NCBI GenBank assembly: GCA_902570675.1
Contig: CACFYZ010000001.1
Coordinates: 22,955 to 86,954 of the forward strand
Direction: 5' to 3'
Source of the DNA: an uncultured Pelagibacteraceae bacterium
Lineage (GTDB): Bacteria; Pseudomonadota; Alphaproteobacteria; Pelagibacterales; AG-422-B15
Length of the DNA stretch: 64,000 bases
Part shown: positions 29,003-38,796 of the stretch, piece after piece
Layout of the letters: the number at the start of each line of letters is the position of its first letter
How positions within the stretch are numbered: the first letter of the stretch is position 1
The notes under the pieces: generated by a model
Told to the model about the DNA's origin: nothing
Database searches by the model: none
The model's input: only the letters and a program-made list of their open reading frames with translations
Translations under genes and position numbers: made by a program

Positions 29003-29576
29003 TAAGTCAAATTGCATTGCTTGTTTTATATTGTTCTTTCTCATAACAAACACTGTAGCAGAAGAATCTATTCTTAATAAAATACAAGACAACTGGAACA
29101 ATACAAAATCGATGTCTGGCAGCTTTATTCAAATTGTTGATGATAATGAAATGAGAAATGGTAACTTCTATTTTCTTAAGCCGTATTTAGCAAAATTTGT
29201 TTATGATAATCGAAATGAAGATATCATCACAAATGAACGATTATTAAGAATAGTAGATAAAGAAGGTTATCAAATTGATAGTTATTTAATTGGAAACCAT
29301 ATAATGAAGAGCCTCTTATCTGATAAGACTAATATTATTGATAATCTTGATGTATCAAATGTTACTCAAAAAAATGGAAATTATCAAATAGCTGTTCTTT
29401 TTGATAAGGGTCAAACCAATGCTCATGTTGTGCTCAGCTTTGATAATCAAACCCTCGACTTAAAAAAATGGGAAATAACTGATGAATTCATGAGTAAAAC
29501 TGTTTTAGAGTTTACAAAAATTAAAAAAAATATATTTATTAGTGAAAATTTATTCGATGTTAAGTATAGAAACTAA
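28983..29576 (+). CDS. lolA: Outer-membrane lipoprotein carrier protein LolA-like
   Basis: Signal peptide. SMSGSFIQ.....GNFYFLKPYLAKFVY resembles the LolA pattern. Conserved ftsK-lolA synteny. TTG start overlaps ftsK by 20 nt (start uncertain). Confidence 0.65.
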   Translation: MINLALNKSNCIACFILFFLITNTVAEESILNKIQDNWNNTKSMSGSFIQIVDDNEMRNGNFYFLKPYLAKFVYDNRNEDIITNERLLRIVDKEGYQIDSYLIGNHIMKSLLSDKTNIIDNLDVSNVTQKNGNYQIAVLFDKGQTNAHVVLSFDNQTLDLKKWEITDEFMSKTVLEFTKIKKNIFISENLFDVKYRN

Positions 29577-29616
29577 TTCTATAGCAAGGTTAAAATAGAA
29601 ATATTTTTCAGTAATT

Positions 29617-30975
29617 ATGACGGTCAGTTCAATCAGTGAGCTCAAGCAATGGCTCGCCGCAAATAAAATATCTGAAGTAGAATGTATCTTTCCAGATATG
29701 GCAGGTTCATCAAAAGGTAAAATTTTACCGGTACAGAGGTTTATTAAATCTGTTGAAGACAATAATCTAAAACTTGCAGACTCAGTCTTTGGGCAAACTG
29801 TTTCTGGTAAGTGGGTTTATGAAAGTGAGGTTATCAATTACGTTGAAGAAGATTTATTTATGACTCCTGACTTGTCTACCCTGAGGCGAATTCCATGGAA
29901 TAAAGAGCCAACAGCTCAAATTATTTGTGATTTAAAATATGGATCAGGTGAACCCTCAGAAATAGCCCCACGACAAGTTTTGATAAATATTATTAAACAA
30001 CTGCATGAAGAAAAGTTAAGTGCCATTGTGGCTCCTGAATTAGAATTTTATTTATGTGAACAAAATCTTGATCCTGATCTACCTTTGAAGACACCCGTTG
30101 GAAAATCAGGACGGCGAGAAACAGGAAGTAGAGTATTTGGTATTGATGCCGTGAATGAATTTGATGCTCTCACAGATGATATTTATGATTATTGCGAGAT
30201 GATGAATATTGGAGTGGATACATTAGTGCATGAATCCGGTCCATCACAAATAGAAATTAATTTAAATCACGGTGACCCACTAGCGTTGGCGGATCAGGCA
30301 TTCATGTTCAAAAGGGCCGTGAGACAAGTCGCTCTTAAACATGGAATCCATGCCACATTTATGGCAAAGCCCTATCAAGGGCAACCTGGCAGCTCAATGC
30401 ATATTCATCAAAATCTATTATCTATGGATAGTGGCAAAAATTTATTTTGTGATAAAGAAGGGAGTAACTCACCTCAATTTCTGAATTATATAGGAGGTTT
30501 ACAAACGTATTTACCCGATGCAATGCTATTATTTGCACCATATGTAAACTCATATAGACGCTTTGTGATTGACGCTTCCGCTCCAATCAATACGCACTGG
30601 GGTATAGAAAATAGAACAGTTGCCTTCAGAGTACCAACGTCATCTGGTGACTCAAGAAGGATAGAGAACAGAATACCCGGGGCAGACACTAATCCTTATC
30701 TTGCAATTGCAGCTTCATTAGCGTGCGGCTTACTTGGTTTACGCGAGAAAATTGAACCAGAAAAACCAACCGCAGGAGATGCTTTTGAACGAAGACATAA
30801 TATTCCAAAATATCTTCCAGATGCGCTAAAGAGATTAAAAGTCAGCAATGAATTGGCAGAAACTTTGGGTAAAGAGTTTATTACTTTGTTTACCGAAGTT
30901 AAACAAACTGAACACGATGCTTATCAAAATGTTATCAGTGCATGGGAACGAGAACATTTACTGCTAAATGTTTAA
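29617..30975 (+). CDS. Glutamine synthetase family protein (PuuA/GmaS/GlnT-like gamma-glutamyl ligase, substrate unknown)
   Basis: 452 aa. GS catalytic blocks FMAKPYQGQPGSSMHIHQNL, NSYRR and ENRIPGADTNPYLA. Confidence 0.8.
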   Translation: MTVSSISELKQWLAANKISEVECIFPDMAGSSKGKILPVQRFIKSVEDNNLKLADSVFGQTVSGKWVYESEVINYVEEDLFMTPDLSTLRRIPWNKEPTAQIICDLKYGSGEPSEIAPRQVLINIIKQLHEEKLSAIVAPELEFYLCEQNLDPDLPLKTPVGKSGRRETGSRVFGIDAVNEFDALTDDIYDYCEMMNIGVDTLVHESGPSQIEINLNHGDPLALADQAFMFKRAVRQVALKHGIHATFMAKPYQGQPGSSMHIHQNLLSMDSGKNLFCDKEGSNSPQFLNYIGGLQTYLPDAMLLFAPYVNSYRRFVIDASAPINTHWGIENRTVAFRVPTSSGDSRRIENRIPGADTNPYLAIAASLACGLLGLREKIEPEKPTAGDAFERRHNIPKYLPDALKRLKVSNELAETLGKEFITLFTEVKQTEHDAYQNVISAWEREHLLLNV

Positions 30976-30978
30976 CGG

Positions 30979-31638
30979 TCAAAGAATTTCTTTATTTAAA
31001 TAATATCCTTTTTTTTCACTAAAATTGATTAAATTCTGAAGGTCTAATTGATTTTCGATTTTTTTTCTTAATGAGTAAATATGTGTTTCGAGAGTATGGG
31101 TATCGATATCTTGGCTATAATTCCATACTTGTTCTAGCAAATCTTTTTTCATTATAAAATTCTCTTTGCTACTAAAAAGGCATTGAAATATCTTTGCCTC
31201 TTTTTCTGTAAACCTAATTGATTTTTCCTTATCTGATAGAATTCTTGTCGTTGGATCATAAATGAATTTTGTAAAAGCAATCTTTCTTTTATTTTGAGTA
31301 TCTCTTTGGAAATCAAATTTTTCTACTTGTTCTAAAATATCTTTTACTTTAAATGGAACAAATATGGTTGAGATATTTGTTTCATTAGTTCCCTGACTTT
31401 TGATGCTGTCTGAAAATTTTATAACGTAAATTTGCTCATAGTTTTGTTTTAGATCTTCTAATTTTAAAATAGCCAACTCATCTGTCATCAGTATTTCATT
31501 ACTGTACTTTTTTAATTCAGAATAATTTACCAGCTTAAATTTAAATGTTTTAAGTAAATTATTTGTGTTAATTAATTCGCTAAATATTTTTATTAGTTGT
31601 TCACTTACAAATACAACGGCAATAATTCTTTTTTCCAT
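30979..31638 (-). CDS. OmpR/PhoB-type winged-helix transcriptional regulator with degenerate receiver-like N-domain
   Basis: The C-terminus FTEKEAKIFQCLF....MKKDLLEQVWNYSQDIDTHTLETHIYSLRKKI...GYYL is the trans_reg_C fold. The N-domain keeps an ILMTD(53)E-like site but has VVFVSEQ instead of the acidic DD pair. Confidence 0.7.
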   Translation of the reverse strand: MEKRIIAVVFVSEQLIKIFSELINTNNLLKTFKFKLVNYSELKKYSNEILMTDELAILKLEDLKQNYEQIYVIKFSDSIKSQGTNETNISTIFVPFKVKDILEQVEKFDFQRDTQNKRKIAFTKFIYDPTTRILSDKEKSIRFTEKEAKIFQCLFSSKENFIMKKDLLEQVWNYSQDIDTHTLETHIYSLRKKIENQLDLQNLINFSEKKGYYLNKEIL

Positions 31639-31663
31639 AACAAATTATTATTATAATATAAAA

Positions 31664-32158
31664 ATGAAATTGGTAGTAACAAATAAGACAATAGCAGTTA
31701 ATGATAGTAATTTTCAATGTGCTATTGGGAAAAATGGAGTTTCAAGAAATAAAGTTGAGGGAGACTTGTGCACCCCTGTCGGCATATTTAAATTCAACAA
31801 AATTTATTACCGGAAAGATAAACTTGGTGAGATTGATTTTAAGTTACCGTTTGAAGCAATTAATAAAAAGAGTGGATGGTGCGATGATAAAAATAGCCAC
31901 TTATATAATCAGTATATTGAGTTTCCATTTAAGGAAAGTGCTGAGCAACTTCACCGAACAGATGATTTATATGATATCGTCTGTGTCATAAACTATAATA
32001 CCGATCCCATTGTTGCCGGTAAAGGTAGCGCAATTTTTTTACATGTCTGTAGATATGGTTTTCCAGGTACTGAGGGCTGTATTGCAATGGAAAAAAGCCA
32101 ACTGCTGGATATAGCAAAAAATATTAGTATGAGTAGCACAATCGAGATTAAGAATTAA
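31664..32158 (+). CDS. L,D-transpeptidase catalytic-domain (YkuD-like) protein without signal peptide
   Basis: GSAIFLHV...GTEGCIAM matches the His ... (S/T)xGCI(R/A)M active-site motif. ORF track starts at 31565; the ATG at 31664 (MKLVVTNK) is the plausible start. Confidence 0.65.
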   Translation: MKLVVTNKTIAVNDSNFQCAIGKNGVSRNKVEGDLCTPVGIFKFNKIYYRKDKLGEIDFKLPFEAINKKSGWCDDKNSHLYNQYIEFPFKESAEQLHRTDDLYDIVCVINYNTDPIVAGKGSAIFLHVCRYGFPGTEGCIAMEKSQLLDIAKNISMSSTIEIKN

Positions 32159-32802
32159 TTTCTTGCCCCAAATATTTGGGTACCCACGCGAATATGTGTT
32201 GCCCCACAAGCTATAGCCACATCATAATCATTAGACATGCCCATACTTAATTTCTGTAAGTTAAAATTATTTGCGAGACTCTTTAAATTTAAAAAGTGCT
32301 CTCTTGGATCTTCATCAACTGGCGGGATGCACATCAGTCCAATAATTTTTAATTTATAATCTTTTAAGCACTTTGATATGAACTCTTCTGCCTGACTCAT
32401 TAAGACTCCGGACTTTTGAGGTTCATTTCCAGTATTGATTTGAATAAAGTATTCTCTGATGATATTTTTTGATTTTTCTAATTTATCAAAAATTTTAACT
32501 ATTTTTATGCGATCAAGCGAATGTATGACCTCACAATGTTCATGAATTGACTCTGCTTTCCTGCTTTGTATATTACCGATAAAATTGAGCTTCAAATCTG
32601 ATTGATTTGATTTTAAGAGAGGCCATTTACTTTCAAGTTCTTGAATTTGGTTTTCACCAAAAGAAATATGCCCCTGATCAATAACAGTTTGAATTTCATC
32701 TATTGATTTTTTTTTTGATACTGCAACGAGCTCAACATCTTCAATTTCACGCTTTGAAGAGAGGATGACGTTTTCAAAAGCTGATAAAAATTGTTTATAC
32801 AT
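32155..32802 (-). CDS. yggS: YggS family pyridoxal-phosphate homeostasis protein
   Basis: LVAVSKKK (PLP Lys), FGENQIQE, LSMGMSNDY and THIRVGTQIFG motifs. The ATG at 32802 is preferred over the GTG at 32820, which lies inside the porin terminator. Confidence 0.9.
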   Translation of the reverse strand: MYKQFLSAFENVILSSKREIEDVELVAVSKKKSIDEIQTVIDQGHISFGENQIQELESKWPLLKSNQSDLKLNFIGNIQSRKAESIHEHCEVIHSLDRIKIVKIFDKLEKSKNIIREYFIQINTGNEPQKSGVLMSQAEEFISKCLKDYKLKIIGLMCIPPVDEDPREHFLNLKSLANNFNLQKLSMGMSNDYDVAIACGATHIRVGTQIFGARN

Positions 32803-32808
32803 AACGAT

Positions 32809-32842
32809 AAAAAAAAGCACCTCACAAACTAATGTGAGGCGC
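32809..32842 (-). terminator. Strong rho-independent terminator downstream of the porin gene
   Basis: Stem GCACCTCACA / TGTGAGGCGC (one A-C mismatch) with loop AACTAA at 32817-32842. On the minus strand it is followed by eight U (A-run 32809-32816). Confidence 0.75.
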
Positions 32843-32868
32843 TTTTAAAGAAAAATTCTAATGACTAA

Positions 32869-33744
32869 TTAGAATCCAACTACGTAAGTGAATGCCCATG
32901 TATCAGTACCATCAGCATTACTTGCATCAGTTTCTAGGTAATCTACACCAAAAGAAGCTGCACCCATGCCTTTAGTCAATGAGACCAGCATGTAATCAGT
33001 ATCAACTCCAGTTGTGTCGTTGGTAGCAAATGTAATACCTGCATCCATACCCATCAATGATGTTCCAACACCAAATTGTGTTTCTTCACCTGTTGACGCT
33101 ACATCTGTGTCATACATAGCATAACCAAGACTTAATCCCGCCATAGAGTAACTAACTGTTACAAATGATGGATCAGCTGAAGTACCAGAAGTTGGATCTA
33201 GTTGAGTTAAACCAGCTTTGATTGAAGCACCCATGATTGATGTTGATGCTGCCATAGAGATTACGTTATCTCCAGCATAGTCGTCATCAAAACCATAAGT
33301 AACTTTTGCTGTCACACCACCTAGTGAAGGTGTTGTGAATGCAATTGACTCACCTGAAGCTGTGTCACCATCGGTAAATGATGATCCAAATCTAGGCCCA
33401 TATGGGTTAATTGAGAAAATTGCAGGTGAACCGTCCATAGTGTCAACAGCAGAGTCTTGACCATCACCAAGACCTAGTGTTCCAAAACCTGTGTCAATGT
33501 TCACATCTGTTTTAATTGCGCCAGCATCAGAAACAGACATTGCAACAGAAACGCCCATACCGTTATCCATAGAGTCACTATAAGATACATATATAGAGTT
33601 TGTTGATACTGCTTGTGATGTAGCTGCACCTGGTGCGTCGTAAATCGTACCAGCGTACAATCCGCCGATTGACATTTCAGCTTGAGCTGCGCCTGCAGCC
33701 ATAACTGTTGCCAAAGCAGAAGTTGCTATAATTGATCTTTTCAT
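32869..33744 (-). CDS. Small Gram-negative porin-like outer-membrane beta-barrel protein
   Basis: Signal peptide MKRSIIATSALATVMAAGAAQA (start at 33744; ORF track gives 33774). G/A/S/T/D-rich alternating strands. C-terminal ...WAFTYVVGF ends in a terminal Phe. Confidence 0.75.
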   Translation of the reverse strand: MKRSIIATSALATVMAAGAAQAEMSIGGLYAGTIYDAPGAATSQAVSTNSIYVSYSDSMDNGMGVSVAMSVSDAGAIKTDVNIDTGFGTLGLGDGQDSAVDTMDGSPAIFSINPYGPRFGSSFTDGDTASGESIAFTTPSLGGVTAKVTYGFDDDYAGDNVISMAASTSIMGASIKAGLTQLDPTSGTSADPSFVTVSYSMAGLSLGYAMYDTDVASTGEETQFGVGTSLMGMDAGITFATNDTTGVDTDYMLVSLTKGMGAASFGVDYLETDASNADGTDTWAFTYVVGF

Positions 33745-33995
33745 AATAATTCCTTTCATATGATAATTGATCATAGTTAAATTTAACTGTCGGTGATTAT
33801 CACTATTTAAGCCAAAAAATCAAAAAAATTGCCTTTGATGTCACACTTTTTTGTGAAAGTGTTGTATTTATATCACATATATATAATACTGGTTTTTCAA
33901 CGTTTTCTGAAGAAGTTCTTTATTTATTATGAGTAAATGTATATTTCTAAGAAATTCTATATTTAAATCATTTTTGTGAGATATTTGAATTATTT

Positions 33996-34505
33996 ATGAA
34001 AAATAGAATTCTAGCGGTCTTGTTAGGTTTGGTTGTATTAAGTCATTGCGGGCAAATTGAAGTTGTTCAAAATCCTGTGGATCCAGTAATGGAAAATAGA
34101 ATAGCAAATGATTTACCTCTTGTCGGACTAGGTGAGGATAAAATGAGTTTATCTGAATTGATCCTCGGAGAAGGCAACAATGATCTAACTTTCGCATCAT
34201 CAATTGTATTTGAAACTGCACTCGATAAACTCAGCTTTATGCCATTGGCCTCAGTTGATTCAAACGCAGGTGTTATCATAACGGACTGGTATGGGATCAA
34301 TGATAATCAAGATCGCATTAAAATTAATATTAGAGTTATTAATCAAACATTAGAAGATAACTCAATCAATGTTACAATGTTTCAACAAAAGTTTGATGGA
34401 TCTAAATGGGTTGATACTAAAACTGATGGAATACAATCAGAAAAAATTAAAAATAGCATACTAGAGGATGCTCGAAAACTCCAAGCTACAATCGATCTGT
34501 CGTAA
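33996..34505 (+). CDS. DUF3576-like lipoprotein
   Basis: Lipobox-like LVVLSHCG. 169 aa. Position immediately upstream of leuS, as commonly seen for DUF3576 in Alphaproteobacteria (assignment from memory of that synteny). Confidence 0.55.
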   Translation: MKNRILAVLLGLVVLSHCGQIEVVQNPVDPVMENRIANDLPLVGLGEDKMSLSELILGEGNNDLTFASSIVFETALDKLSFMPLASVDSNAGVIITDWYGINDNQDRIKINIRVINQTLEDNSINVTMFQQKFDGSKWVDTKTDGIQSEKIKNSILEDARKLQATIDLS

Positions 34506-34529
34506 TAAGACGTTATCAGTTTGATTTTT

Positions 34530-37082
34530 ATGTCAGAGAAATACAATCCAAGAGTAATTGAAAAAAAATGGCAGCAACACTGGGCTGAACTTCAGTCATT
34601 TAAAAGTGAGGTTAATCCCAAAAAAGAAAAATATTATATTCTTGAAATGTTTCCATACCCATCTGGAAAAATTCATATGGGGCATGTGCGTAACTATACA
34701 CTTGGTGATGTAATTGCTCGTTTCAAAAGAGCTCAAAATTTTAATGTTATGCACCCTATGGGTTGGGATGCGTTTGGTTTGCCTGCAGAAAATGCTGCAA
34801 TAGAAAATAAAACATCACCAAAAGATTGGACATATGAAAATATAAATACAATGAAAGAACAACTTCAACGGATGGGCTTTTCCATTGATTGGTCGAGGGA
34901 ATTGGCAACATGTGACAAATCATATTACTTGCAACAACAAAAACTTTTTAAATATTTTTTTGAACAAGGTCTAATATATAAAAAAGAATCTCTAGTAAAT
35001 TGGGATCCTTTAGAAAATACCGTTCTTGCAAACGAGCAAGTTATTGATGGTAAAGGTTGGCGATCTGGTGCTGAGGTTGAACAAAAAAAGTTATCTCAAT
35101 GGTTTTTTAAGATTACAGACTTGGCTGAAGATTTAATGAATGGTCTTGAAAAATTAGATGGATGGCCTGAAAAAGTTAAATTAATGCAACAAAACTGGAT
35201 TGGGAAATCTTATGGTTGTGAGATTGATTTTGAAATTTCACAACATGAAGGAACCATCGATACAGATAAAATAAAAATTTTTACAACCCGACCTGATACA
35301 ATTTTTGGTGCAACTTTTTGTGCACTATCTCCTTTTCATCCCTTAGTTGATGAGATTATTTCTAACGACGAGACAGTGAACATGGAAGTTCAAAAACTAA
35401 GAGCTCTTAAGATAAATGAAGAGAGCATTTCAAAAGATGAAAAAATAGGAATAAAGACAAAACTATCAATAAAGCATCCGTTTATTAAAGATAAGAATTT
35501 ACCAGTTTATATTGCAAACTTTATTTTGATGGACTACGGGAGTGGCGCAATTTACGGATGTCCAGCTCATGATCAAAGAGACTTAGATTTTGCTAATAAA
35601 TATAATCTTGAAGTGATTCAAGTAGTCGATGGCGATCGTGATTTTGATGGTCAAACTGCATATACAGAAGATGGAAAAATTATTAACTCTGATTTTTTAA
35701 ATGGTATGCAAATAGAAGAAGCAAAAGAAAAAGCTATTTCAGAAATTGAAAAATTAGAAATTGGAAAAAGGACAATAAACTATCGACTAAGAGACTGGGG
35801 TATTTCAAGACAACGTTACTGGGGTTGTCCGATCCCAATAATGTACCGTGAAGATGGAGAAATCATTTTGGTTCCTGATGAAAACTTACCTGTAGAATTA
35901 CCTGAGGATGTTGATCTTCAAAAAACAGGGAACCCGTTAGAAAATCATTCTTCTTGGAAAAATACAAAATGTCCTGAGACTGGAATGAATGCAATTAGAG
36001 AAACTGATACCCTTGACACGTTTGTAGACTCAGCTTGGTATTTTTTACGATTTTGCTCACCTACATTAGAGACTGAAGCGTTTAGGAAATCTGATATTGA
36101 TTATTGGATGCCTGTAGACCAGTATGTAGGAGGTATTGAACATGCCATTTTGCATTTGCTCTATTCAAGATTTTTTACTCGAGCCCTTAAATTAAAAGAC
36201 ATTGATGAGCCTTTTCAAAGTTTGTTTACCCAAGGAATGGTATGCCATAATACATATAAGAATACGTCTGGAGAGTGGGTATATCCTGATGATGTAAAAT
36301 TTGAAAATTCAAAGTTGATTCAGATTTCTAAAGAACTTGAAGTTACGGAAGGCCCGATTGAGTCAATGTCAAAATCAAAAAAGAATGTTATTGATCCACA
36401 GTCTATTATAACCAATTATGGAGCTGATTCGGCTCGATGGTTCATGTTGTCAGACAGCCCACCGGAAAGAGACATAAACTGGTCAGAGTCTGGAATACAA
36501 GGCTCATGGAAATTTTGCCAAAAAATATGGACTTTAGTATATCAAAATAAACACATATTTAAAAAAAAAAGTCAGGTAAGTGACTATTCTGGGGAAACAA
36601 AAAGATTTATAGGGCAAATTCATGAACAGTTAGATGTAATCACCCGAAGTATTGAAAAATTCCAAATGAATGTTGCTGTAGCTAAGATTTATGAGATGGT
36701 GAATTTAATTAGTAAGTTCAAATGTGATCAGGAAGAGAAGGAAGAAGCATTAAGAGAGTCTTTAGTAATTTTGATTAGGGTGATTGAGCCGATGATACCT
36801 CATTTAGCAGAGGAGTGCTGGGAATTAACATATAATAAAAAAGCGCTTATTGATGAACCATGGCCAAGAGTAAAAAAAGAATTGTTAGTAAAGGAGAATG
36901 TGGTTGTTGTTATTCAAGTAAATGGCAAAAGACGTGGTGAAGTAACAATAAAAAAAGATGCAGACGAAAATGCCGTAACAGAAAAAATAAATGAAGTTCA
37001 AAATATAAAAGATTTACTTGAAGAACAAAATATTAAAAAAACAATATTTGTTCCTAACAAAATATTGAATATAGTTTTATAG
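34530..37082 (+). CDS. leuS: Leucine--tRNA ligase
   Basis: Class I motifs PSGKIHMGH (HIGH) and SMSKSKKN (KMSKS). MSEKYNP..IEKKWQ..W is the canonical LeuS start (ORF track TTG at 34521). Confidence 0.95.
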   Translation: MSEKYNPRVIEKKWQQHWAELQSFKSEVNPKKEKYYILEMFPYPSGKIHMGHVRNYTLGDVIARFKRAQNFNVMHPMGWDAFGLPAENAAIENKTSPKDWTYENINTMKEQLQRMGFSIDWSRELATCDKSYYLQQQKLFKYFFEQGLIYKKESLVNWDPLENTVLANEQVIDGKGWRSGAEVEQKKLSQWFFKITDLAEDLMNGLEKLDGWPEKVKLMQQNWIGKSYGCEIDFEISQHEGTIDTDKIKIFTTRPDTIFGATFCALSPFHPLVDEIISNDETVNMEVQKLRALKINEESISKDEKIGIKTKLSIKHPFIKDKNLPVYIANFILMDYGSGAIYGCPAHDQRDLDFANKYNLEVIQVVDGDRDFDGQTAYTEDGKIINSDFLNGMQIEEAKEKAISEIEKLEIGKRTINYRLRDWGISRQRYWGCPIPIMYREDGEIILVPDENLPVELPEDVDLQKTGNPLENHSSWKNTKCPETGMNAIRETDTLDTFVDSAWYFLRFCSPTLETEAFRKSDIDYWMPVDQYVGGIEHAILHLLYSRFFTRALKLKDIDEPFQSLFTQGMVCHNTYKNTSGEWVYPDDVKFENSKLIQISKELEVTEGPIESMSKSKKNVIDPQSIITNYGADSARWFMLSDSPPERDINWSESGIQGSWKFCQKIWTLVYQNKHIFKKKSQVSDYSGETKRFIGQIHEQLDVITRSIEKFQMNVAVAKIYEMVNLISKFKCDQEEKEEALRESLVILIRVIEPMIPHLAEECWELTYNKKALIDEPWPRVKKELLVKENVVVVIQVNGKRRGEVTIKKDADENAVTEKINEVQNIKDLLEEQNIKKTIFVPNKILNIVL

Positions 37083-37086
37083 TAAA

Positions 37087-38796
37087 GTGAATAGACACCA
37101 AAGACGAAAAGAAGAAAAAAATAAATCAGCACAATTAGCATTTAAAAGAAAACTAATTGACGCAATCAATATTCATCAAAATAAACATTACGACCAGGCA
37201 AGAAATGCTTACGAAGAGTTATATCGTATAAATCCCAATGACTACGATTTAGTAAGACACATTGGAATTCTTCATCAGGATATGGAAGAATATGAAGAAG
37301 CTTATAATAAATTTTTATACGCAATTAAAATTAATCCTAATGGATTTGAAGCAATAAATAATTTAGGTACAATTCATGTATTAAATAAAAATGATACGTT
37401 AGCTTTGAAATGTTTTAAAAAATCTAACGCGATTAAACCCGATTACATACCTACAATAAATAACCTTGCAGGAATATATCATAGACTTCAAAATGCTGAG
37501 CTTGCACTTAAATATGCAAAAAATGCATTCTCACTCCAGAAAAATAATATATTTACAATAAATCAATATGCAAAGGCATTGATCATTAATAACAGGATAG
37601 ACGAAGGAATAAATTTACTCGAGGAATTGTGTAAAAATAATCCTGAAAGGCTTGATTTTAAAGCTAACCTAGCAACTGCTTTTAAAGAAATTGGTGATTT
37701 TAAAAAATCTAAAAAAATAATTGATGAAGTTTTTCCTCAGAATTTTAAAAGATTAGATTTTTTTGCGCCCTTTGCGTCTGATAAAGAAAATACTTTGAGC
37801 ACAGACCAGCTTGAATATTATGAAAATCAATTAGACAATAAAAGCTTACATATTGATGATAAAGTACTGATTTCACATGCACTTTTTGAGTACTTTAGAA
37901 ACAAGAAAAATTACCTAAAATCTGGGGAGTTTTTAAATTTATCTAATGCTCTTCAATATTCTCGAAAAGAATTTGAAATAGAAAAAGACATAAAGTTTTT
38001 TGATCTTTTAAAAACTATCTTCTCATCACAATTGTCATTTGAAGTAAGTAAACCGTCAAAAGTGAAACCAATTTTTATTTGCGGGATGCCAAGATCAGGT
38101 ACAACTCTTTGTGAACAAATTTTATCTAGCCACTCCAAAGTAAAAGGTGGTGGAGAACTTAGTGATTTGAGTAGGTTTCTAGGATTTAATCATATAATTC
38201 AACCTGATAAACAAAGTTTGAAGGAATTTAATAAGAATATCCAAGACAAAAGTTTTTTAAATAAAGTTCGAAAGAATTACATTGATAAAATTTTAAGCCT
38301 TAACGATAAAAAGGCTGAGTATGTTACGGACAAATTACCACATAATTTTATTTTGATTGGTATAATTAAGTTAATTTTACCAGAGGCTAAAATTATTTAC
38401 TGTAAAAGAGATCCAATTGATAATTGTTTTTCTCTTTACACACATAAGTTCGTTGAAAACTCACATCAATATTCATACGACCAAAAAAAATTAGCTGAAT
38501 ATTATCATCTTCATAACGATTTAATGAATTTTTGGTTAGAAGAATTCAATGATGGAATATATGTTTTAGATAATGAGGAACTTGTGAAGAATCAAGAATT
38601 AGTTTCAAGAAGCCTAGTTGCATTTTGTGATCTAAAATGGGAGGAGCAATGTCTTGACTTTCACAAAACAAGAAGGCAGGTTAGAACGGCAAGTATTCAT
38701 CAAGTAAGACAACCAATGAATAACAAATCTATAGGTGCCTGGAAAAATTATGATCAATTTTTAGGAAACCTTATTACTACCTTAAAAGCAAAATAA
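37087..38796 (+). CDS. TPR-repeat protein fused to a PAPS-dependent sulfotransferase domain
   Basis: N-terminal ~200 aa of TPR-like repeats (A..Y...L.INPN...A.NNLG). The C-terminal domain opens with the 5'-PSB loop CGMPRSGTT (nt 38083-38106 for GMPRSGTT). GTG start 4 nt after the leuS stop. Confidence 0.8.
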   Translation: MNRHQRRKEEKNKSAQLAFKRKLIDAINIHQNKHYDQARNAYEELYRINPNDYDLVRHIGILHQDMEEYEEAYNKFLYAIKINPNGFEAINNLGTIHVLNKNDTLALKCFKKSNAIKPDYIPTINNLAGIYHRLQNAELALKYAKNAFSLQKNNIFTINQYAKALIINNRIDEGINLLEELCKNNPERLDFKANLATAFKEIGDFKKSKKIIDEVFPQNFKRLDFFAPFASDKENTLSTDQLEYYENQLDNKSLHIDDKVLISHALFEYFRNKKNYLKSGEFLNLSNALQYSRKEFEIEKDIKFFDLLKTIFSSQLSFEVSKPSKVKPIFICGMPRSGTTLCEQILSSHSKVKGGGELSDLSRFLGFNHIIQPDKQSLKEFNKNIQDKSFLNKVRKNYIDKILSLNDKKAEYVTDKLPHNFILIGIIKLILPEAKIIYCKRDPIDNCFSLYTHKFVENSHQYSYDQKKLAEYYHLHNDLMNFWLEEFNDGIYVLDNEELVKNQELVSRSLVAFCDLKWEEQCLDFHKTRRQVRTASIHQVRQPMNNKSIGAWKNYDQFLGNLITTLKAK

